Shown here: positions 24,896-32,000 of the stretch, one piece after another
Layout: every line of letters starts with the position of its first letter
Numbering within the stretch: position 1 is the stretch's first letter
Assembly (NCBI RefSeq): GCF_003231495.1
Contig: NZ_PQWO01000026.1
Coordinates: forward strand, 20,987-52,986
DNA from: Acaryochloris thomasi RCC1774
Lineage (GTDB): Bacteria > Cyanobacteriota > Cyanobacteriia > Thermosynechococcales > Thermosynechococcaceae
Direction: 5' to 3'
Length of the DNA: 32,000 nucleotides
Translations under genes and position numbers: made by a program
Notes under the pieces: model-generated
The model's input: only the letters and a program-made list of their open reading frames with translations
Databases searched by the model: none
Told to the model about the DNA's origin: nothing

Positions 24896-27873
24896 CCTTG
24901 AGTCTCCTGTTGCTGGTAAAGCCAGTAGTATTGGCCTTTGAGGTCCATTAATTCGGCATGGGTGCCCATTTCTGCTACTTTGCCCTGATCCATCATCACA
25001 ATTACATCGGCAACCTGCAGCGTTTTGAGACGGTGTGTGATGAAGAAAACTGTTCGATCATGAAAAATCTTCGATAGATTCTGGATCACTTGGCGCTCAG
25101 CATTGAAGTCCAGCGCGCTTGTAGCTTCATCCAAAATCAGCATCTGGGGGTTTTGCAGGACGGTACGTGCGATCGCAATTCGCTGTCGTTGTCCTCCAGA
25201 AAGGGCGGATCCTCTTTCTCCCACGCGGGTGTTATAACCTTGCCCCAATTCCATAATGAAGTCATGAGCAAAAGCGACCTGTGCCGCTTCAACGATCTCT
25301 TCTGATGTGGAATCAGGAGCGGGGAGTGCAATGTTTTCCTGGATGGTGCCATCAAAAAGTAGGCTATCTTGCAAGACCATGCCAATCTGGCTACGCAAAG
25401 AATACAGCTCTACCTTGCTGACATCGTACTTATCCATTAGGATTTGCCCGCTCTTGGGCGTGTAGAGCCGCATCAGGAGCTTCATGAGGGTGCTTTTGCC
25501 GGATCCACTCTGTCCGGCTATACCCACAAAGGTACCTGGCTTGAAGTCTAAACTGACATTCTTAAGCTGCAGAGGGCCATTCGGCGTGAAGCTAAAGTTA
25601 ATCTCATTGAAGGAGATGCCTCCCTGAATCGGAGGCAGGGGGATGTTGTTGCGGTCCTCTTCGTTGACTTCCTGTGGATGGTCAAGAATATCACCCAGGC
25701 GCTCTAGAGAGAGCGCTGTTTCTTGGAAGTTCTGCCACAGTTGAACCAAGCGCAGGAGTGGGCTAGTGGTGTAGCTAGCAATAATTCGAAATGCAATCAG
25801 CTCACCTAGGGTTAGATCTCCCTGAAGAACGAGGCCCGCACCCACCCAGAGCAGTAGTAGACCCGAAAGCTTATTGAGGAAAGCACTGATGGAGCCGGCT
25901 GTGGTGGAAATAGTAACGGCTTTAAAGCCTTCGCTAACGTAACGGGCGTAGCGCTCTTGCCACTGCCAACGCGACTTGAGTTCAATATTCTGAGCCTTAA
26001 CGGTTTGGATGCCGGAGACGACCTCTACAAGATAGGACTGGGTTTTTGCATTTTCTTCAGCCTTGACGCGCACCTGTCGCCGGATCATGGGAGAGACGAG
26101 AATGGTCAGCAGGGCGAATAGGGGCACTGTGGCGAGCGCAATGATGGTGAGTAACCAGCTATAGAACAGCATCACAAAGATGTAGATCACTGAGAACAGT
26201 GAATCTAGAACGACGTTGAGGGCCGTCCCGGTTAGGAATTTGCGAATGTTCTCTAGCTCATTAACTCGGGTCGAGAGTTCCCCGACAGGACGACGGTTGA
26301 AGTAACTCAACGGCAGCCTTACCAAGTGATCAATCACCTGGGAGCCTAGGCTCATATCAATGCGATTGGTGGTGTCAACAAACAAATAGGTCCGGAAACT
26401 GGTGAGTAGGGCTTCAAGAAGAGCAACAAGAAGTAGACCCATGCCCAAGGCATTGAGGGTGTCAGGACTATTCTTGCTCAGTACCCGGTCAATGATGAAC
26501 TGGATTCCTAAGGGATTGGCAAGGGCAAATAACTGCACCAAAAATGAGGCAATCAAGACCTCAGTTAGCACCCCACGGTAGCGGGACACTGAGGGCCAAA
26601 ACCAACTTAGACCAAACTTTTTCTCAGGGGTAGAATCGGTTTTCTCCAGCAACAAAACCTGGCCTGATTCTCCCCAGTCGTCGAGGAAATTTTCAGGTTT
26701 TTTACGCCGAATGCCTTGCTCGGGGACGGCAAAGACCAGCTCCTTAGGAGAGTTCTCGTACAAAACAGCAAAGCTATCTTGCCAAGCAATAATAGCTGGG
26801 GTGGGCAGACGCGTAAAAACATTGGCTGGAGCTTCAATCAGTTGGGCCTTGAGACCCATCATTTCTGCGATCCCACCGCAGGTGGTCAGGGAAACCGTGC
26901 TGTTACGAGCTAATTGATTTTTTATGATGCGGCGAATGACGTCTTTGCGAAACGGTATGCGCCAATATTGAGCCAGCATCTGGAAGCAGGCCAACGGAGC
27001 ATCCGTTGGACCCCGACCTTTCACGTGAGGATACTTCCGGGATCGACTCTCTGTCTCGAGAACAAAGGGATCCTCTGTTTGGACGTTGGGGGCGTAGGGA
27101 ACTTCTATGGCTTCGGATTCTTCGACTGCAGCCAAGCCGCTGATCTCTACTGGAGGAGAGATAGAGGGTTTAGAAAGGTTCGCAGGGCTAATGATATGCT
27201 CTGGGAGACCCACCAGCCGTAGGGTCCCAGATTTGCCGATCTGGAGTGTTTCTGTCGGATCGAGTCGCCGACCAATGGAGCCGTTACTGGCCGAGCCGCC
27301 ACTGAGTAACCAAAGGTGCTGGTCATCAAGGTCAAGTTGATGCTGTCCACTGGAGAAGGTCTGCACCTTGCTCGCGTCATGGGCCTCTAGAGAAAGGGCT
27401 TTGAGATCGGAGATGCCATCGGCACGGCGCTCAAGTTCAGCACCCAGTAAATCGAAGACTTCAACTAAACTACAGCGATCGCGAAAACCTGCAGCAAAGT
27501 TTGGCTCAGTATCAATTAAGTCCAAGAAGTCCTGGCTTGGGAGATTCAGGCAAAGGGTTTCTTGAGATGCGAGGGCTGTCTCGCAGGCTTTATTTCGCAA
27601 TAAACTGATCCAGCCTAAAACTTCTCTCGGTTCTAGTAGCTTGAGGCTACGGGGGGTATTGCTGCGGGGATCTTGACCCAGTAGTCGCGCTTGCCCCTCA
27701 TAGATAATTGCGATTTGAGCAGGGAGACTGTCTCGTACGACAATCGCTTGCCCCATACGATAGCGGAGGAGTTTACAGCTCTTTAGACACTGCTCCATGC
27801 CTTGGCTAGAGAGTTGATCAAAGGGAGGGACTGATTGGAGAAAGGACTGGATATCCGTTTTGCTGTAGGTCAT
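24892..27873 (-). CDS. ABC exporter (TMD plus NBD) with N-terminal cNMP-binding-like and C39-peptidase-like domains
   Basis: 993 aa. Walker A GQSGSGKST, signature LSGGQRQRIAIAR, Walker B LILDEATSALD. There is an upstream six-TM ABC membrane domain. N-terminal CNB-like fold at about residues 15-125 and C39-like fold at about residues 283-410. Confidence 0.92.
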   Translation of the reverse strand: MTYSKTDIQSFLQSVPPFDQLSSQGMEQCLKSCKLLRYRMGQAIVVRDSLPAQIAIIYEGQARLLGQDPRSNTPRSLKLLEPREVLGWISLLRNKACETALASQETLCLNLPSQDFLDLIDTEPNFAAGFRDRCSLVEVFDLLGAELERRADGISDLKALSLEAHDASKVQTFSSGQHQLDLDDQHLWLLSGGSASNGSIGRRLDPTETLQIGKSGTLRLVGLPEHIISPANLSKPSISPPVEISGLAAVEESEAIEVPYAPNVQTEDPFVLETESRSRKYPHVKGRGPTDAPLACFQMLAQYWRIPFRKDVIRRIIKNQLARNSTVSLTTCGGIAEMMGLKAQLIEAPANVFTRLPTPAIIAWQDSFAVLYENSPKELVFAVPEQGIRRKKPENFLDDWGESGQVLLLEKTDSTPEKKFGLSWFWPSVSRYRGVLTEVLIASFLVQLFALANPLGIQFIIDRVLSKNSPDTLNALGMGLLLVALLEALLTSFRTYLFVDTTNRIDMSLGSQVIDHLVRLPLSYFNRRPVGELSTRVNELENIRKFLTGTALNVVLDSLFSVIYIFVMLFYSWLLTIIALATVPLFALLTILVSPMIRRQVRVKAEENAKTQSYLVEVVSGIQTVKAQNIELKSRWQWQERYARYVSEGFKAVTISTTAGSISAFLNKLSGLLLLWVGAGLVLQGDLTLGELIAFRIIASYTTSPLLRLVQLWQNFQETALSLERLGDILDHPQEVNEEDRNNIPLPPIQGGISFNEINFSFTPNGPLQLKNVSLDFKPGTFVGIAGQSGSGKSTLMKLLMRLYTPKSGQILMDKYDVSKVELYSLRSQIGMVLQDSLLFDGTIQENIALPAPDSTSEEIVEAAQVAFAHDFIMELGQGYNTRVGERGSALSGGQRQRIAIARTVLQNPQMLILDEATSALDFNAERQVIQNLSKIFHDRTVFFITHRLKTLQVADVIVMMDQGKVAEMGTHAELMDLKGQYYWLYQQQETQG

Positions 27874-28664
27874 GGCTCCGCCGTCTCTGGTTCTTGTAGG
27901 ACTGCTGGGGAGGCAGTTCGTTCTTCTGAGGGGTTCTCTTCTGGAAAATGCAGCGAAACGGTCTGTTGTTGCTGTTTTAACCAGCGCTGAAATAAATCGT
28001 TCAGCAATCGTTTTTCTGTGGGGTCATCGAGTTGTGCTGGGAGAAGTTTCTCTAGCTGGACAATTAGAAACCATTCATCTAAGCGAACGGGAGGGAAAAT
28101 CTGGCCGGGTTGGCTGGTGCGGAGGAGCTGCGCGAGTTTTGGATGGGCCTGGCTTAGCTCCATGGGACCAATGAGGCCGCCGGTCTGAGCTTCTGGGCCT
28201 TGGGAATATTCTTTCGCGAGTTCGGCAAAGGTCGCTTCGCCTTCTTGGATGCGAAAGTATAGTTCCTGTGCGATCGCAACATCTTTGGTGCGAATCAACG
28301 AATAGATGACTCGGTCAAGGTGCTGCTTCTGTTTCAGGAAATGATTGCCGAGCTGAGCGCCCCACGTGTTGCGTTTAAATGTCTCTAGCTTAATGGGTCG
28401 CAGTATTAGGTGCTTGAGCTGCGCTGGCGTAACGCCATTATGCTGCAGCCAAGCTTGGAGATCTGAATCTGAAGTCAGTTTATTCTGGGCAAAAAACTGC
28501 TGGCGTGCCTGCTCTTCTTCTTCTGGCGTGCATTCGACCTCAGCAATTGCTTGATCGATAATCATCTCCTGTGAGACCTGTGGCAGCATTTGATAGGCCA
28601 CTAAGTGTTGCACCACCTCTGTCGCAGAAAAAGATTGGTCACCGACCTGAAGAACTGCTTTCAT
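27870..28664 (-). CDS. Parvulin/PpiC-type peptidyl-prolyl isomerase-like protein (SurA-like N-terminus)
   Basis: 264 aa. The C-terminal half FAELAKEYSQGPEAQTGGLIGPM...GQIFPPVRLDEWFLIVQLEK resembles a rotamase (PpiC) domain. The stop overlaps the ABC start (ATGA), making it the first gene of the three-gene operon. Confidence 0.75.
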   Translation of the reverse strand: MKAVLQVGDQSFSATEVVQHLVAYQMLPQVSQEMIIDQAIAEVECTPEEEEQARQQFFAQNKLTSDSDLQAWLQHNGVTPAQLKHLILRPIKLETFKRNTWGAQLGNHFLKQKQHLDRVIYSLIRTKDVAIAQELYFRIQEGEATFAELAKEYSQGPEAQTGGLIGPMELSQAHPKLAQLLRTSQPGQIFPPVRLDEWFLIVQLEKLLPAQLDDPTEKRLLNDLFQRWLKQQQQTVSLHFPEENPSEERTASPAVLQEPETAEP

Positions 28665-28822
28665 TGACTTTGCCCACCTGCTCTAGTCCATACCCTTTGA
28701 GAGTGCCCGGAAATTTGCATAAACTGACGTTGAAAATAGCTGTAAGACTTTAGATACATCGGGAATTGGAGAACATTGTTATCGTACTTTTGATCGAACA
28801 GAAGACCTAAATATGAGATGTA

Positions 28823-29116
28823 TTAGCTTAATGATCTCTCTAATCTGTTTCTAGTCAAGCGGGCGCGAAGATATTCTTCAACACTACTGTATGACATAGC
28901 TTGCTTACGATCACTGGTTGCCCTCACTACAATTTCATTAAAAAGCTCGCAGCTTAGGCAAAGTCCTTGGTAGAGCCGTGACAGCTTCTGTTGATTTGCT
29001 ACGACCTTTATAATTTGTAAACTAGCCGTAACCCTCACACTGCTCAGGGCCGTTTCAAGCTCATGGAAGAAAAATTGGATCATTATTCTTGCGTACTGAG
29101 ATAGGCGATATTTCAA
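28823..29116 (-). CDS. Doubtful hypothetical ORF (97 codons, TTG start), predicted helical
   Basis: The ORF lies in an AT-rich intergenic block and has no ATG at its 5-prime end; an internal ATG gives about 86 aa. No recognisable motif. Confidence 0.2.
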   Translation of the reverse strand: MKYRLSQYARIMIQFFFHELETALSSVRVTASLQIIKVVANQQKLSRLYQGLCLSCELFNEIVVRATSDRKQAMSYSSVEEYLRARLTRNRLERSLS

Positions 29117-29421
29117 CTGCTCATGATGAGTCTTTGAGGCTTTTGATTTTTCTCTGGCGAGCTTAGAACATCCGAGTTATATTACAGCCTTGCCTCTCTT
29201 TGCGCTGGCTCTTAATTTATCAATCGGCGCGTCGTGAAGTTATTATGCATGACTGAGTTGAATTTGTGAGGTTGTTAGCTTTAGATAATGGAGACCTTGT
29301 GTAGCTGGTTCCAGCGGCCTTAGATTTCGCTAATTGTCTTAGTGCTGCGGCATAATATTAGCCAAGGGGAGCCTCGGGCCATCCCATTCGCAACTTATCT
29401 TGGATTACTCGAAGGCAATCT

Positions 29422-30516
29422 ATGACGAAGACCACCGTGAATACAAGCATCCCAGCCTCAATGGATACTGAAAAACGTGGACTGCCGGTCACTATCATTA
29501 CGGGCTTTCTCGGTAGCGGTAAAACCACGCTCTTGAATCACATTCTCAGCAATCAGGAAGGACTCAAAACAGCGGTTTTAGTGAATGAGTTCGGTGAGAT
29601 TGGGATCGATAATGATCTGCTGATCACCACGGGTGAAGATATGGTGGAACTCAGCAACGGCTGTATCTGCTGCACGATCAATAATGATCTGGTGGAGGCC
29701 GTTCATCGGGTGCTGGAGCGCTCGGACAAAATTGATTATCTGGTGGTGGAAACAACGGGGCTAGCAGATCCGCTGCCGGTGGCGCTGACTTTCTTGGGCA
29801 CTGATTTACGAGATTTGACGCGCTTAGACTCGATTGTGACAGTGGTGGATTCAGAAAACTTCAGCCTAGATCTGTTCAATAGTGAGGCGGCTCAAAGTCA
29901 GATTGCGTACGGCGACACGATTTTGCTTAACAAGGCCGATCTCATTGATGAGGCTGATCTCGATTTGCTAGAGATTCGGATTCGTGAAATGCGAGAGGGA
30001 GCCAGAATTTTGCGGACCGTGAAGAGCGAGGTGCCGCTGCCGCTGATTCTTAGCGTGGGTCTGTTTGAGTCTGAGCAGTATTTTGCTAAGGAAGAGCAGG
30101 CCGAGGCCCACGATCACGGAGACCACGATAATTGCGATCACGATCATGGACATTGTGAGCATGACCACGACCATCACGAGCATTCTCATCATTTAGATAA
30201 CGATGGGTTTGTCTCTCTCTCTTTTCAGAGCGATCGCCCGTTTTCTGTGCGTAAATTCCAGCATTTTCTAGATGAGCAGATGCCACTCAATGTCTTCCGA
30301 GCTAAGGGAATTCTCTGGTTTGATGAGAGTCCAAAGCGTCATGTCTTTCACTTGAGTGGTAAGCGGTTTTCGCTCGACGATGAGGAGTGGAGAGGCGAAC
30401 CTAAAAATCAGCTTGTTTTGATTGGCCAGAATTTGGATCTCGAAGGGTTGCGATCGCAAATCGAAAAATGCTTAGCCACGACCTCTCCTAATCGAGGTCA
30501 GGGCTTCGGTGGCTAG
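29422..30516 (+). CDS. COG0523-family GTPase metallochaperone (CobW/ZigA/YeiR-like) with His-rich insertion
   Basis: P-loop GFLGSGKTTLLN, metal-binding CICC (GCICCT), and NKADL. His/Asp-rich stretch EAHDHGDHDNCDHDHGHCEHDHDHHEHSHH. CobW C-terminal domain. Confidence 0.92.
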   Translation: MTKTTVNTSIPASMDTEKRGLPVTIITGFLGSGKTTLLNHILSNQEGLKTAVLVNEFGEIGIDNDLLITTGEDMVELSNGCICCTINNDLVEAVHRVLERSDKIDYLVVETTGLADPLPVALTFLGTDLRDLTRLDSIVTVVDSENFSLDLFNSEAAQSQIAYGDTILLNKADLIDEADLDLLEIRIREMREGARILRTVKSEVPLPLILSVGLFESEQYFAKEEQAEAHDHGDHDNCDHDHGHCEHDHDHHEHSHHLDNDGFVSLSFQSDRPFSVRKFQHFLDEQMPLNVFRAKGILWFDESPKRHVFHLSGKRFSLDDEEWRGEPKNQLVLIGQNLDLEGLRSQIEKCLATTSPNRGQGFGG

Positions 30517-30565
30517 CGGGCGTCTGATGTAAGCTTGGAAGCGTTGTTTTTGCGATCGCAACCCA

Positions 30566-31750
30566 ATGCCCCAATCTGTCTCGGCGCTGGCAAATCTATA
30601 CAAAGATGCGCTACTCGAAAACGTGCTGCCTTTTTGGGAGCATCACTCTATTGATCGAGAGCAGGGTGGATTTTTCACCTGCCTCAATCGAGAAGGAAAA
30701 GTCTACGACACCGACAAATTTATCTGGCTGCAAAACCGTCAGGTGTGGACCTTCTCAATGCTCTATAACCGGCTAGAGAAACGGGAAAACTGGCTGCAGA
30801 TTGCCGCCAACGGTGCTAAATTCCTCGCTCAGCAAGGCCGAGACAATCAGGGAAACTGGTATTTTTCTCTCAATCGCGCTGGGCAACCTCTAACACAGCC
30901 CTACAATATTTTCTCCGACTGCTTTGCGGCGATGGCCTTCAGTCAATATGCCTTAGCCTCTGGAGAAGACTGGGCTAAAGAGGTGGCCCAGCAGGCGTAC
31001 AGTAACGTTCTACATCGTCAGGCAGATCCCAAAGGGAAGTACAACAAGACCTATCCGGGAACTCGCCCGATGAAAACGCTGGCGGTACCGATGATTTTGG
31101 CAAATCTGTCCCTGGAAATGGATTGGCTGCTAGAGGGCGACCGCCTAGAAGAGGTTCTCAATCAAACGGTTCAGGCCGTGATGATGGACTTTTTGGATGC
31201 CGAGCAGGGGCTGCTTTACGAGAACGTGACGCCAGAGGGCCAACACCTCGACTGCTTTGAGGGCCGTTTGATTAATCCGGGGCACGGCATCGAAGCCATG
31301 TGGTTCATCATGGATATCGCCCATCGTCGTCAGGATACTGAGCTGATTAATCAGGCTGTTGATGCCGTCCTTAAGACGCTGCAGTTTGCCTGGGATCAGA
31401 CGCATGACGGCATCTACTACTTTATGGATGCAGAAGGCCATCCGCCTCAGCAGCTTGAGTGGGATCAAAAGCTGTGGTGGGTTCATTTAGAAACCCTGGT
31501 GGCGTTGGTAATGGGCTATCGATTGACGGGCCGGACCGAGTGCTGGGACTGGTTCTGTAAGGTTCACGATTACACCTGGAACCACTTTGTTGATGCTGAG
31601 CATGGGGAATGGTTTGGCTATCTCAATCGCCAGGGTGAAGTGCTGCTGAGTCTTAAGGGCGGCAAGTGGAAGGGCTGTTTCCATGTGCCGCGCGCTCTAT
31701 ATCTATGCTGGCAAGAGCTTGAGGGGACGAGTTCAAGTGGTGTCTGCTGA
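30566..31750 (+). CDS. N-acylglucosamine 2-epimerase (AGE / renin-binding-protein family)
   Basis: 394 aa. [48 protein letters not shown] and [20 protein letters not shown]...[17 protein letters not shown] closely follow the cyanobacterial AGE sequence as I remember it. Confidence 0.88.
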   Translation: MPQSVSALANLYKDALLENVLPFWEHHSIDREQGGFFTCLNREGKVYDTDKFIWLQNRQVWTFSMLYNRLEKRENWLQIAANGAKFLAQQGRDNQGNWYFSLNRAGQPLTQPYNIFSDCFAAMAFSQYALASGEDWAKEVAQQAYSNVLHRQADPKGKYNKTYPGTRPMKTLAVPMILANLSLEMDWLLEGDRLEEVLNQTVQAVMMDFLDAEQGLLYENVTPEGQHLDCFEGRLINPGHGIEAMWFIMDIAHRRQDTELINQAVDAVLKTLQFAWDQTHDGIYYFMDAEGHPPQQLEWDQKLWWVHLETLVALVMGYRLTGRTECWDWFCKVHDYTWNHFVDAEHGEWFGYLNRQGEVLLSLKGGKWKGCFHVPRALYLCWQELEGTSSSGVC

Positions 31751-32000
31751 GTTTTGAGTGGTGTTAGGATAGCCCAGTAGGTCTATCGAATGTGGATTAA
31801 ACCCTGAATGGAACCTACGCCTGAGCAGCTATGGGAACTATACCTCTTAGGTCATGAAATGACTTTGCAGCTTAGGATCGAGGAATAAATAATATCCAGA
31901 ACCTCAATGGAAGAATGATAGTCTGAGCATCCTCCCCTATTTGGTTTGAGATGAATCCTTACACAGTGAATATTGAGCAGCAAATGCAACGGCTCTACAA

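Noticed and set aside
28661-28720. 19-codon minus-strand ORF (MQISGHSQRVWTRAGGQSQ) whose TGA overlaps the PPIase ATG (ATGA). It contains a Gly-Gly, which raised the idea of a double-glycine-leader cargo peptide.
   Set aside because: Only three residues follow the GG, the typical leader consensus (LS..EL..I.GG) is absent, and there is no RBS. In addition, the C39-like domain of the exporter looks non-catalytic. It could still be a coupling uORF, but I cannot support that.
29351-29363. AT-rich partial palindrome GCATAATATTAGC upstream of the COG0523 gene, considered as a Zur box
   Set aside because: It does not match the Fur/Zur-type consensus I know (GATAATGATTATC-like), and it could equally be a -10 element.
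31808-32000. Small ORFs near the right edge: a 26-codon ORF at 31808-31888, and an ATG at 31951 opening MNPYTVNIEQQMQRLY… to the window end
   Set aside because: They are too short to evaluate. The second may be the start of a real gene continuing beyond the window, but 16 codons cannot support a call.
1-32000. Search for tRNA, rRNA and CRISPR arrays, and for long tandem repeats
   Set aside because: I saw no T-loop-type GGTTCGAATCC motifs in the intergenic regions, no regularly spaced direct repeats and no rRNA-like conserved blocks. The only repeated DNA found is the IS110-end unit and the HIP1 octamers.

Overview
This 32-kb segment looks like cyanobacterial chromosome. I count at least 18 perfect copies of the HIP1 octamer GCGATCGC by eye, where chance predicts fewer than one. 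It also carries an RRM-type Rbp gene and a cyanobacterial-type N-acylglucosamine 2-epimerase. I call about 28 protein-coding genes and saw no rRNA, tRNA or CRISPR array.

The left 13 kb is the accessory-looking part:
(i) A tightly packed four-gene signalling operon at 559-5054: histidine kinase, NarL-type response regulator, a Zn-ribbon/pseudokinase/TM/PstS-like protein, and a Zn-ribbon FHA protein.
(ii) A visibly AT-rich two-gene island at about 5055-7500. It encodes two convergent ORFans, each with an Arg/Ser-rich disordered N-terminus and a C-terminal Cys/His motif set (papain-like and transglutaminase-like).
(iii) A translationally coupled phage-tail-like baseplate operon at 8003-13100: gp25/GPW, baseplate J/gp6-like, P2 gpI-like, and a protein with a DUF4159-like C-terminus. 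No sheath, tube, spike, tape-measure or ATPase gene is visible in the window.

My main hypothesis is that (i) to (iii) belong to a contractile-injection-like system with sensory control and two cargo or toxin candidates. This is inference only.

The middle of the window is housekeeping: Rbp, alpha/beta hydrolase, hisA, SDR, a SWIM protein, an NCS2-like permease and an M20 amidohydrolase. It also holds a secreted protein with a long polybasic tail and a decayed IS110-family element, whose 5-prime end is duplicated as a solo relic next to hisA.

The right third carries a PPIase / ABC exporter / HlyD operon. Both N-terminal accessory domains of the exporter (cNMP-binding-like and C39-peptidase-like) appear to have lost their functional residues, and no substrate gene is visible. 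A His-rich COG0523 metallochaperone and the epimerase follow.
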